Source: Octopus vulgaris (Eukaryota). Taken from it: a stretch of 64,000 nt of DNA. The notes beneath the pieces are model-generated. The model had not been told where the DNA came from and ran no database searches. It worked only from the letters and a program-made list of their open reading frames with translations. The translations under genes and the position numbers were made by a program. Of this stretch, positions 25,161-38,697 are shown in pieces. Position 1 is the stretch's first letter. The number at the start of each line of letters is the position of its first letter. The stretch is taken from positions 12,586,001-12,650,000 of the forward strand of contig OX597836.1 of the NCBI GenBank assembly GCA_951406725.2, given 5' to 3'.

Positions 25161-25987
25161 CAGACATACATACATACAGTTGAAAACTCAGAGAAACCTC
25201 GCCAGTTCATCACGATACCACCAGCACCCACCCACCCCACTACCATCATCATTCCATTATTCCCCATTATCATTACGTCTACCCAATCCTGCTTCACCAC
25301 TTACACCTTGTCAATGACATATCCCTCCCACTGTTTCCAACTTATAAGAACTGCCTCTATACACCAGACACTATCAAAACTCTTTCTCTTCAAGAAGCCA
25401 AACGATTCCTATTTTGACATTCCATTCCATATAAATTCTTCATTTGGTTCTCATAAGCTATCTTTTCTCCTCCTTCCCTCCCTCATTCTCTCTCCTTCAT
25501 TCTTCCTCTCTCTCTCTCCTCATTATGTCTCTCTCCAACTCTCTCACCTCTCCCATATAGTTATGGTACTCTTCCTCTCGTTTCTCATCTTCCTTAATCT
25601 GCTCCAACTACCCAGTCCAACTCTATGTTACATATTTCTGTCTCTGTAAAGCCTCTGCTAAGTTACGGTGACATAAACAAACCAACACTGGTTATCAAAG
25701 CAAAGAGGCACCCACATAACCAAACACATACACTCACATACACACATACACATATTTATATACACATACCCACCACACACATATATATATAGAGAGAGAG
25801 AGAGTTTACGAAAAAAACCAAATACGAAGACAGGTGGTGTAGAAAACAAACAGATGTATTAGTATAATGCTCAGGAATAGGAAATGTCTTTTACATTTCA
25901 AGCCTACGCTCTTCTACAGAAAGGGATACAGAAAAAAACAAGGAGTAAAAAAAGGAGAGAAAAAAATGTGTGTAGTGGCTAACGATC

Positions 25988-26054
<67 letters not shown>

Positions 26055-26132
26055 TAAGAAATGGAGCAATAATTATCAATGAGAAGTGGATCATCTGTGT
26101 TTTAAAGTCATCATTTAATTAAGATGAGAGCA

Positions 26133-26211
26133 TGTTTACAGCTGTTTCTATTTATCAAAATGGGGTAAATTTGCATTTACTTCGTTTCAATTGATAAACA
26201 TCTTCAGAACA
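26133..26211 (-). ncRNA. Candidate type-I hammerhead ribozyme with extended stem II
   Basis: tgtt-CTGAAGA-tgtttatcaa...GCAA...ttgataaata-GAAA-cagctg-TA-aaca. Stems I, II and III all pair by eye. Confidence 0.6.
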
Positions 26212-26559
26212 ATTATAAGGCAAAGATAAATAGAAGGAAAAATAGGAAAAAAATAGAAGGAAAAGAAAGGAATAAGGAATAATGATCATTAAATCAAATC
26301 CTAAGGCAATTCATTAAAAATATCAACTCAAGTAAAAATGCCATAAAACACAGAGACTGGAATAAGAAGAATAAAATAAAGGATTTGGTTTAAAATTCTG
26401 ATACACCAGCACAAGATACCTGAAGAATGCTGGAACATACAATAGCCAAAACATAGAGAAGGCAACAATCAAGATGAGGATGTCAGTCCAACTAATATAA
26501 ATTAGTTTTAGTTTGGCTGTCCTCCAGGGTTCTTCAGTGATTTTATGCGAGCAAGCCAT

Positions 26560-27640
26560 CCATCAACATCTCCCATGCATGTTCTTAATTTGTCAAATTT
26601 ACCATTCCACTGTCCTGAAGCAAGGTTAGACATTTTCTTCCCCTGTTGATACTTCCTTCGACTAAATGCCATAAAACCAGTTGACACATGGGTTCTTCTG
26701 GGTATCTGATGCAGTGACCATCAATCCTCATTCTTTTCATTCACTTTGGATAGATCTTCACAAAGTTGCTCATTGGTTAAAATACACACACACATACGGT
26801 GCTGGATTAAACATTACTCTTTTACTTGTTTCAGTCATGTGACTGTGGCCATGCTGGAGCAGAGCCTTTAGTCGAGCAAATCGACCCCCGGGACTTATTC
26901 TTTGTAAGCCTAGTAATTATTCTATCGGTCTCTTTTGCCGAACCGCTAAGTTACAGGGATGTAAACACACCAGCATCGGTCGTCAAGTGATGTTGGGGGC
27001 ACAAACATATACACACACATACATATATATATATACACATATATACGATGGGCTTCTTTCAGTTTCCGTCTACCAAGTCAACTCACAAGACTTTGGTCAG
27101 CCCAAGGCTATGGTAGAAGACACTTGCCCAAGGTGCCACGCAGTGGGACTGAACCCGGAACCATGCGGTTCGTAAGCTTTTCCAAGCTTTTTGCTGAAGG
27201 TCCAAGTTTCAACACCATATAACAAAAAAAAGAAAGAACAAACTCTACCATGGAGACAAACAACCTAATCTTTATAACGCTGCCTCATTGGTTAAACGAG
27301 CTCTCCAGGAAATATTCAGAGGCATTCTTAACATTCTCATGTAGCAGTCATTTTTGTTTTGTCTTCCAAGCTTTTTGGTGAGGGCCCAAATTTTAACACC
27401 ATATAACAAAAAAAAAATTTACCATGGAGCCGAACAACCTAATTTTGAATTTATGTGCCATTTTAGAACTCCAGATTTTACGTAATATGTGGCACACACT
27501 CCAAAGGAGTGCTTACCATACAGCAAAGTCCTCTTCACTACTTTTCATACAAGCACCAAGGTACTTGAAGTTAGTATCTTCCCCAAGTTCCTTTCCATTT
27601 CTTACAAAGAGGTGATTTGCTTGCTCGGGATGTCTAATAT
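26560..27640 (-). mobile_element. Highly degenerate RTE/RTEX-like LINE fragments with a nested SINE (~26817-27177)
   Basis: Minus strand NFKYLGA.MKSSEEDFAV..AL.WS.CH.LRKIWSS.M....KIRLF..MV...LLYG...W.LTKKL, homologous to the 5246-5837 fragment. Confidence 0.7.
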
Positions 27641-28580
27641 TCAGTCTTACCTGGTGTGTGGCACACCGTGCACCTGAACAGGTGATGTCAATATAAAAAG
27701 ATTTATTTATTTAATAGTATACATAATATAAATTCCTAGTCTCAGAAATATAGAATTGATGAAAAATAAGATGAGATGGTCACAGATGGAATGCCTTCAA
27801 TCATAGGTCTACTCTACCAAAATTGACAGCAACAATAAAACAGGATGGTCACATCTGGTATCCCTTCAATCATAATATATATTCCTGCTGTAGTTGCTTA
27901 ACACAGAGTAGGTTCTGGTGAGGGAGGAGACCTATGATCAAAAACATTCCAAGCATGACCATCTCATTTGATTTTTTTTTTTTCAAAAATTTTATCGAGA
28001 CAGCAATGAAAATTTTCAAGAATTTTTTTTGATATTTTTTATATTTTAATATTTGAAATTTACTTTCTTTTCCCAAACTTTCCGCCTTCATCAATTTCAT
28101 TTTCCTTTCTCTTCACTAACTTTTATTTTCTTCAAAACGTCTGACCTTAGGTCAGGATCAATTCACCTGCTCCGACTTAATCTTTGTATTCACACCTACA
28201 TATAATATACAGAACTGTACTCCCCAGCTAGTAGCATTCGTAGAACAAACATTTAGTTTTAGTGTTTTTGCAAAGGAAAGAAACCAGACTAGATTTTCAT
28301 TGCTTGGTAACTGGGGGTTTACCAATCCAAACACTGGTTTGTGCTGCTTCATTGCGGTGAAAATATTGATTTCTTTAAAGCATTCATTCAGTAACTTCGG
28401 TTTATTTATTCTTTTATATATCTCTCATATCTTTTATCTTTTATTTGTTTCAGTCATTAGACTGTGGCCATGCTGGGGCATCGCCTGAAAGTGTTTTTTA
28501 TCAAATGTATCAACCTCAGTACTTTTAAAAAAAAATCTGGTATTTATGCTGTTGGTCTCTTTTGTTACTTGCAGTAACAA

Positions 28581-28815
28581 GTGAAAACTGTAGTGAAGAA
28601 GTGGCTCATAGAACAGTCAACAGAATTTTACGGGGCAGGGATACATGCTGTCATTCGAAGGTGGAACATTGCTACTGAGAGAAACGGGGACTATGTTGAG
28701 AAGTAGGGATGCGATCCACAGAGGACCAGCTTCATTTTGATGTATAGTACATGTTCCTGTGTTGGTAATTATACCTGTCCTCAACAAAATGGCATTACCT
28801 TTTGACTCACCCTCG
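28581..28815 (+). mobile_element. mariner transposon 3' remnant
   Basis: VK..V.KWL..QS.EFY..GI..V.RRW......NGDY.EK* followed by the TIR ttttgactcaccctcg|TA. Confidence 0.85.
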
Positions 28816-31743
28816 TAATTTAGGCCCATGGCCAGTAATTTTGAGGTGATGGCACTTAGGCAATACCATTGAGTCCAATGGTTGACTGGCACTTTATTTT
28901 ATCAACCCTGGTGGGACAAGAAGTAAAGTTGAGATCAGTGGGATTTGAACCTGTAAGAAAATACAGCACGGTATTTTGTACTTGACGCTCTACTGATTCT
29001 TAGAATCTGCCACCTAATAAATGTCACTGCTTTAGGCACAAAGCCATAAATATTAAGAGGAAAGAGTTAGTCAATACCTATTTCTTTACTACCCACAAGG
29101 GGCCACACACAGAGGGGACAAACAAGGACAGACAAACAGATTAAGTCGATTACATCGACCCCAGTGTGTAACTGGTACTTAATTTATCGACCCCGAAAGG
29201 ATGAAAGGCAAAGTCGACCTCAGCATAATTTGAACTCAGAACGTAACGGCAGATGAAATACCTCTCAGCATTTCACCTGGCATGCTAATGTTTCTGCCAG
29301 CTCGCCACAGTTAGTCAATACCGTCAACCAATACTTAACCGGTACTTTCTCAGCCCCAGGTAGAATGAAAGGCAAAACTGGCCTCAGTGGGGATAGAACC
29401 CTTAATGTCAACAACCAGAAGAAATACTTCAATGTATTTTATCCAACACTCGAAGGATTCTGCTCGCTCATTGCCCTTAATATAAGAATAACCCATAAAA
29501 CACTGATTTTAAGGGTGGTCTGCTTAAATTGTCACCTTGTTTAACACCACTCCCTGACCCTTAGAGGTTTTTAGTAGAGTTCATTCTGTTGCAAGTATTT
29601 GTGCAAGGGCTCCAGTTTGGGAGTAACATCTTTACTCCCTCCTACTGGTTTTGGACGCCCTGGAAAAGTTCATGGCTTTTATTCTTCCTTGTGTGACCAA
29701 GTCATTAAGAAAAAGCCAATGCGATAAACCTTTGTCACTGGTAAAAAGTAAATTTTATTGGAATGTATCAGGAGAAAATGTCAACTGGATTGTCTATAGT
29801 TTATGGCTAGGCATATAAACCTCAGTGAAATGAAGACAAAATTGGCTCCTGCATACTCTAGGGAAATTTGTATCCTATATGCAAAGAGATTGAAGCAGAG
29901 CAAATGAGAAAACTTCTTCATATCCATGCAGCCTGCTTCTTCAAATCACCTAAGAACACATGAAGTCATACAGATCTCAAGGGGGAAAAGTATTGTATTT
30001 ATTGCTGATAATTTCTTTATTAAGCCATGAATAAGCTATGTAGAACACAGAACCCTCATTCAAAACTTTTCTGCACCAGCCCAACGTTTTATTTCTATAC
30101 TGACAACAGGAGAACACCACAACACTTGACATACACTTGAAGATCATAAAATTAAAACGAAATCACCACCAGATATTCCTAATAATAGATTAAGTACCAG
30201 TGTTTAAGAACACATCAAAGTATTATACCATTTGTCTAAGAGAAAATTTTCATATCACATAACTTCTTGCTCTAATTCTAAACAAAAATAATGAACTTAT
30301 TTCAAGGTGCCAACACAAGTACAAATGTTTTCTCATGAACAGTTACCTTGGGCATGTTGACGAGCAATTAATGCTGAAGATCCATTCTTCTCATCAGGAG
30401 AACATTCCTGTACACAGAAATTAATACAAAACAAACATATCTTGGGGCTTAACATGTGTCCTAAAGGGGAAGAATAATGTGTCAACATCTATCTACGCAA
30501 TTCAAATTTTGAATTCAAATGTTGTGCACAGCATTTAAAAGAGGAGACCAGTTCAACAAGCCACTGCAAAGAAGTGGATTTGAATGAAAAATAAATAAAA
30601 GAGGGATATTAAAAAAATATATCCTGCATAATGTAATTTTACATTCATTCCTCTTTTATATACAAATACAATATGCTGCGCTTGAGAAGATCCGGCAAGC
30701 CAAGTGAGACCATAACCTTGTGGCCTATGGCAGGGGTGTAACCAGCCCACTTATGCGTACCTTTTCTTCATTGGACACTAAACTCTGCTTGCAAAGATCT
30801 GTTGAGGCAAGTGAAATCGAAATCAAATTCGATGACTGGCATCCGTGCTAGTTGAGTGCTAAGAGCACCATCCGAGCATGATCGTTGCCATGGCAGCAAA
30901 CTGGCTTCCGTGTCGGTGGCACATAAAAAGCACCATTCATGCATGATCGTCACCAGCATCGCCTTACTGGCACTTGTGCCAGTGGCACATGACAAAACAT
31001 TCGAGTGAGGTCGTCGCCAATGCCACTGGACTGGCTCCTGTGCAGGTGGCACATAAAAAACACCATTTGAGCGTGGCCATTGCCAGTACCGCCTGACTGG
31101 CTCTCGTGTCGGTGGCACGTAAAAGCACCCACTACACTCTCAAAGTGGATGGCATTCTTAAGCAAGGTACTTACCACACAGCCACACCTGCACCTATCGT
31201 TAAAAAAAGTATATGAAACTCTAACCAAATGTACTGAGAGCTATTTTCATTTGTTTGTGCACTCACCTGTGTATATATAAATATATATACACACACATAT
31301 ATGCACACGCGTGCACACATGCACGAACACACACATGCTACACACACTTAAATAAGGATGCTTACTAGCCTAGTGTTTCATTCACTTCAGAATTCGCGTG
31401 AGAGCTCTCAGACAGAAAGAAGGGAAGAGAATAAAAGGCAACTGGTAGGAACTGTCATTATAAAATACATACATACACACATAAATATATATATACATAG
31501 ACATATATATATATATACACACAGACACACATACATATATATACATATATATATATACATATATATATATATACATATACACATATACATATATACATAT
31601 ATATATACATATATATATATACATATATATATATACATATATATATATACATATACATATATATATACATATGCATATATACATATACATATATATATAC
31701 AAATACATATACATATATAAATACATATACATATATAGATACC

Positions 31744-31813
<70 letters not shown>

Positions 31814-32479
31814 CACACACATATATATTCCATGTCTTATGTACACTGGCTCATGCTTCTCCAAACTGTTTTCTTTTTATTTAAAAAAATAAAAAAACAG
31901 TAATAGATAACAATTTTATATAATCCTGTTTAACTTTCATACAGCTTTTAAACTTTTACACACACACACACACACACACAAACACACACATTCACGCACA
32001 CACACACACAAACACACACATTCACGCACACATACACACACACATAAAAACACACACATTCACGCACACACACACACACACACATAAAAACACACACATT
32101 CACGCACACACACACACATAAAAACACACACATTCACGCACACACACACACACACAAAACACACACATTCACGCACACACACACACAAAAAACACACACA
32201 TTCACGCACACACACACACACACACACACACATAAAAACACACATGCATTCACGCACACACACAAACACATATACACGGTCGTACATTTTGTTTGATAAG
32301 CAGGTATCTATTGATGAATATATATTCGCTGGTTGCAATTTCCCTTAGAACCAACATGGTAAGCACCGCCACTGCCACTTCTACCATCACCATCGCCACC
32401 ATCGTCCTCATCACCACCACCACCACTACTATAACCTGTACTGCTGTAGTGACCCACAGTCTTAAAAGTTATATATGAA

Positions 32480-32524
<45 letters not shown>

Positions 32525-32743
32525 GGGAAGATTGAGTTACCATAAGAAAGTTTTTTTCTTCTTAAATATACAAAAGGAATAAAAAAAAGTACGTGATGGA
32601 AGAGAAAGAAAAGTTTCGTCATCAAAACTTTTCTTCTTGTTTTGTTTTGTGTTTCATTTTTTTTTTTTTCGTTTTTGTTTTTGGTTTTGTTTTTTTTTCC
32701 TTTCAGCTTCATGCAGGAAATAAAATTCAATTCTTGTTTTCTG

Positions 32744-32775
<32 letters not shown>

Positions 32776-32856
32776 TAACAATAGCAATGACAGAATTATT
32801 ATCAACAAAACACACACACACACAAACGACTACACATATACATTATATATATACAC

Positions 32857-32922
<66 letters not shown>

Positions 32923-33161
32923 ATTTATATGCATAAATATATATATGTATGTATGTATGTATATGCATGGACATGCATGCATACATATATATATATGCAT
33001 AAATATGCAGACATGCACAAACATGTATATGCATATATATATACACATATATAGTCATCCACAATCTTATATATACAAATATATATACATACATATATAT
33101 GTATATATATAAACATATAAATATATATGTATATATATATATATATATACATGCATATAAA

Positions 33162-33194
<33 letters not shown>

Positions 33195-33290
33195 GCATAT
33201 AAATCTATATATATATACATGCATATAAATCTATATATATATACATGCATATAAATATACATGCATATAAATCTATATATATATACATGC

Positions 33291-33342
<52 letters not shown>

Positions 33343-33349
33343 GCATATA

Positions 33350-33382
<33 letters not shown>

Positions 33383-34912
33383 GCATACATACATATATAT
33401 ATATAGATATAGATATATATATCTGCATACATATATATTTATACATATATATATGTGAACATATATACTGACACACATACACCTATGTGTGTGTGCATAT
33501 ATATATATACATACCTATTTATATATACACATATATATACATACATATATATATATATACACTTATATATACATGCGAGCATGCACACATAAATACATAT
33601 ATATATAGATATATATATATATATATATATATACATACATATAAATATATATATACATACATATAAATATATACACACACACACACACACACACACGTGT
33701 GTGTGTATGTGTACCAACAATATCTGGGTACAATACGAAGAAATGGTTTTCAGCTTTATGAATCCCTGAGGAGACCAGAGGCGAAAAGAAGAGGAGTTGG
33801 GAATGAAAGAATGGTAGAATCAATAGAAATAGGTAATTTCTTGGTTCCTCCTGTCACCACTTCAAATATTCTTTGGTTCTTTGGTTTTTATAGAGTTCTA
33901 CAGATAGGGTTACAGAAACATTGCTGGTCCTTCTCCTTTCTCTCTCTTTATGTACACACACACACACACACACACATATTTACATATATGTATACATTCA
34001 TATACACATACACATACTTACATATACATACACATGCATACAAATGCACACACATGCACAGATATATGTACACATTTATATACACATATACACACACATA
34101 AACACACACACAAATGCATACAAATACATACACATACATGGACACATACATGTATGTGTATATAGACATATACACACAAATACACACTCATATATTCATG
34201 ACTACATATACACATGCACAGATATATGTACACATTTATATACACATATACATACACATAAACACACACACACAAATGCATACAAATACATACACATGCA
34301 TGGACATATACACGTATATGTGGATACACATATACACACAAATACACACACACACACATATACATGACTACATATACACATGTACATATATACATATGCA
34401 TAATATACATACAGGATTATACAGACACACACACAAACACAATCATTATTATTGTTATTATTATTACTATTATTATTATTATCATTATTATTATTATTAT
34501 TATTATCATCATCATCATCATCATCATCATCCTCATCGTTATTATTATTATTATTATTATCATGAACATTATTATTATTGTCTCTTTGCTTCTATCTCTC
34601 TATCACACATGCTCATTTTTATGCTTAGTCTCTCTCTCTCTCTCCCTCTCTGTCTATCTGTCTCTCTCTGTCCCCTTCTCTCTCTCTCTTTTCTCTTTGT
34701 TCCTCTCTATCTCTCTTTCCCAGTCTGTCTATCTGTCTCTCCCTTTCTCTGTCTCTGTTTCTCTCTCCATATCTGTCCTTCTTTCTTTCTCTCCTTCTCT
34801 CCTTTGTTCTTTCTTTCTTTATATCCCTCTCTGTTCCTCTCTCTCTCCCTGTCTGTTTGCCTGCCTCTGTCTGTCTCTCTCTCTCTCCCTTTCTCTGTCC
34901 CTCACTCTCTCA

Positions 34913-34943
<31 letters not shown>

Positions 34944-35525
34944 CATTTCTCACATTCTTTTCTCCTCTGTATCATCTCACTCTTCCATTGTCTCTCATAC
35001 ATTTTCCTCCTCAGAGACCCCTTCTATCACACACACACACACACACACACACACATTCTCAAAAACACATATTCCAACTCCTCTCCTTTTTCTCTCTCTT
35101 CTCCTCCCCTTTCACCCTCACTTTGTGCCTCCCCCTCTTTCTCACACACACACACACACACATCTGCGCTCACATATTGCTACACAGAACTATGACATAC
35201 ACATCACCACTTTTACACACACATTCACCAATACATGTATAACATGGCAGACATATCACTCACAAATACACACACACACACACACACACGTGCACATACA
35301 CACACACATTCTCTTTCTCTCTTACACCCTCACCATCTCTTTCTTCGCCGTTCTTCTCTCCCTGCTCACGCAGACGTTCTCAATGTCTCTGGACAATTCT
35401 TTACATATTCCAAGCAATGCTCTTGCAGACTCTCTCGTGTAACAAACAGCAAAACTAACAACTTTTCCAATGTTCCAATGCTGACACACACATTTCGTCT
35501 GTCCCTCACTCTCTCTCTCTCTCTG

Positions 35526-35565
<40 letters not shown>

Positions 35566-35743
35566 TAGATATTCATATATATACACATATACATATTCAT
35601 ATATATACACATATACATATTCATATATATACATATATATATATACATATCTATACATACATATATGATGATGATGATGATGCTATATATATATATATAT
35701 ATATTTATGTATGTGTATATATATATATATATATATATTTATG

Positions 35744-35775
<32 letters not shown>

Positions 35776-35776
<1 letters not shown>

Positions 35777-36285
35777 TACAGACGCACAGGCATCACTCAC
35801 TGAGCCAACAAGGGGCTTTCAACATGGTGGGGCTCCTTAGGATAAATATAGCATCCTCACCATTTCTATGCCTACTATTACTCTCATCCCAGCATAAGGA
35901 ATAGTAGAAGTGTCAGTTGAATAGTGAGAGAGGGGGGTCAAAGTGTGACACACTGACACACAGAAATTAGTTTTCGCATTTATTATATATATATCTTTCT
36001 TTGACCCCCTTCGGTCATGAATGACCATGGGATTGCACCTCGCTGGTCACAATGCGTTCGCATTGTTTTAGCCTTCGAACGATGCCACCCCGATGGCTAA
36101 GTGAGCAGGCCAACAGAAGAAAGAGTGGTGAAAGAGTACAGCAGGGATCACTACCCCCTGCCGGAGCGTCATGGAGCTTTTAGGTGTTTTCGCTCAATAA
36201 ACACACACAACGCTCGGTCTGGGAATCGAAACCACGATCCTACGACTGCGAGTCCGCTGCCCTAACCACTGGGCCATTGCACCTC

Positions 36286-36323
<38 letters not shown>

Positions 36324-36336
36324 TATATACATATCT

Positions 36337-36367
<31 letters not shown>

Positions 36368-36596
36368 CATACATATATATTTATGTATGTATATATATAT
36401 ATATATATATTACAGACGCACAGGCATCACTCACTGAGCCAACAAGGGGCTCCTTAGGATAAATATAGCACCCTCGCCATCTCTGTGCCTACTATTACTT
36501 TCACCCCAGCATAAGGAATAGTAGAAGTGTCATTGAATAGTGAGAGAGGGGGGTCAAAGTGTAACACACTGACACACAGAAATTAGTTTTCACATT

Positions 36597-36612
<16 letters not shown>
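35776..36612 (-). mobile_element. Two tandem copies (~35776-35990, ~36410-36612) of a Helitron-like 5' fragment, separated by a SINE
   Basis: About 210-bp duplicated segment. Minus strand begins (TA)nATAAATG.GAAAACTAATTTCTGTGTGTC, resembling Helitron 5' ends; no CTAG end seen. Confidence 0.5.
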
Positions 36613-36631
<19 letters not shown>

Positions 36632-36774
36632 TGTCAATTTACTTATATATGCTTGTTGATCAATTCCTTAGTGAAATACATTTGCCAACTCAATCATTAA
36701 ACACATTTATATAGACTTGGTGCTATATTTAGCTAACTGATCATAGAGAGCTACCAACTTTATTGCCAATTCAG

Positions 36775-37760
36775 TTTTACAGACTTGCCAATGTTTCTTG
36801 CTTATTCTTGCTACTTTAGTCCTGCAAATTTGCCAATGTAGTCATTGATAAAACTAGTTTTACAGATTTGCCAATGTGGTCTTACAGACATATCAACAGT
36901 CATTACCAGCCAAGTCTTACAGACTTGCTAAATCAGGCATTGCTTACAAGTCTTACAGATTTATCAATACAAACATTGTTATCCCAGTCTTACAGACTTG
37001 CTAACTCAGGCATTGCTAATCCACTCTTAAAGACTTGCCAACACAATCATTACTAGCCAAGTCTTACAGACTTGCTAATTCAAGCATTGCTTACCCAGCC
37101 TTACAGACTTGCCAACACAATCATTGTTAGCCAGGTCTTACAGTTTTGCTAAATTAAGCATTGCCAACCAAGTCTTACAGTCTTGCTAAATCAAGCATTG
37201 CCAACCAAGTCTTACAGACTTGCTAAATCAAGCATTGCCAACCAAGTCTTACAGACTTGGTAACTCAAGTATTGCCAAATTAGTCTTACAGACTTGCTAA
37301 ATCAAGCATTGCCAACCAAGTCTTTCAGACTTGCTAAATCAAACATTGCTAACCCAGTTTTATAGACTTGCTAAATCAAGCATTACCAGCCAAGTCTTAC
37401 AGACTTGTTAATGCAAGCATTGCCAACCAAGTCTTATAGACTTGCTAACTCAAGCATTGCCAACCAAGTCTTATAGACTTGCTAACTCAAGCATTGCTAA
37501 CCAAGTCTTACAGACTTGCTAAATCAAGCCTTGCCAACCAAGTCTTTCAGACTTGCTAACTCAAGCATTGCCATCCAAGTCTTTCAGACTTGCTAAATAA
37601 AGCATTGCCAACCAAGTCTTTCAGACTTATCAACACAATCGTTGCTATCCAAGTCACACAGAATTGCCAACGCAGTCAGTTCCAATCCAATCTTACAGAG
37701 TTGCTAACAAAATTATCACCCAATTTGTAGCTTTGCCAACTCAGCTAAATAGACTTGTAA
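36775..37760. repeat. 37-bp minisatellite (aagtcttacagacttgctaaatcaagcattgccaacc)n, roughly 25 units
   Basis: Directly visible; homogeneous centre with degenerate edges. Confidence 0.93.
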
Positions 37761-38451
37761 TTACATTTTTCCGGGCCATAAATTCAGACAAAAGATAGGG
37801 GGAGCAAGGAACATTTCACATCTAAGCAGACATTTAACAAGACACAGATCTGTACCCTCATTTTTTTTTTTTGCTGCCATTCAAACCAAATTCCTTATCC
37901 TGAGTCATATCTTAATTTGATGTTTCTTCTGCTCTTCCCTTTTCTTTCAACCCATAGTTCCTTAATCAACACATATGTAACCCCACCCCACCCTATCCTC
38001 ACCCTTCTGTCTGCTCCTCTCTTGCATTAATTATTATTCATAAATTAAGTTTGCCTTATAACTCTCTAGATGCTTCGTAGATCCTTCACTTAACAGCTTC
38101 TGGGCTAAATTCAATTGTCTACATCGCTCGAAACCTTGACATATATTTAATTAACAACAACTACTGCTGCTGCTGCTACTACTATTACTACTACTACTAT
38201 TAACACTACTATTACTACTATTATTAACACTACTATTACTACTACCTAGCAGAAAGAGCAGCCACCCACAGATGTTATCAAAATAAAATGGAGCCCTAAG
38301 AATATCAGATTTGGCTATTGTTTCTACAGAATGGCCTGTCTGTTTCCTGATTAAAAGTTTGTTTTCCTTCCTTTATTTGAATGTTTTGATAAAAAAGAGA
38401 AAAGGAAAAAAGAAAGAATTATCTTTCAGAAGATCTATCTAGAAACTTGTG

Positions 38452-38697
38452 GGGGGCGCGTGGCTTAGTGGTTAGGGTCTTGAACTCATGATCGTAAGGT
38501 TGTGGTTTCGATTCCTGGACCGGGTGATGTGTTGTGTTCTTGAGCAAGACACTTTATTTCACGTTCTTCCAGTCCACTCAGCTGGCAAAAGTGAGTAATC
38601 CTGCGATGGACCGGTGTCCCGTCCAGGTGGAGAATTTCTACACCACTGAAACCGGGAAAACGGCCCTTATGAGCCTGGCATGGCTTGAGAAGGAACA
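38452..38697 (+). mobile_element. tRNA-derived SINE with cctgcgatggac..gt.cc.gtccagg central domain
   Basis: A box tggcttagtgg, B box gtttcgattcc, CAT at the anticodon-equivalent position. Second copy at 10757-11000. Confidence 0.85.

Noticed and set aside
25180-25640. Possible Penelope GIY-YIG coding remnant
   Set aside because: Only vague similarity; no intact motif could be read.
30376-30400. CTGATGA followed by a gaaga/tcttc stem on the minus strand
   Set aside because: No GAAA after the stem. The same applies to CTGANGA hits at ~1894, ~45593 and ~47244.
31391-31444. Plus-strand mini-exon reading [18 protein letters not shown] (FN3-like)
   Set aside because: Too short, weak donor and no compatible neighbouring exons; the purine run could equally be a minus-strand pyrimidine tract.
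34114-35442. 442-aa ORF and other long ORFs (19947-20509, 31358-33720, 42661-44379, 55051-57041)
   Set aside because: These are translations of (CA)/(TA)/(CAT)/(GA) microsatellites; low complexity simply lacks stop codons.
36775-37760. CRISPR-like 37-bp palindromic repeats
   Set aside because: The units are contiguous with no unique spacers, there are no cas genes, and the context is eukaryotic.
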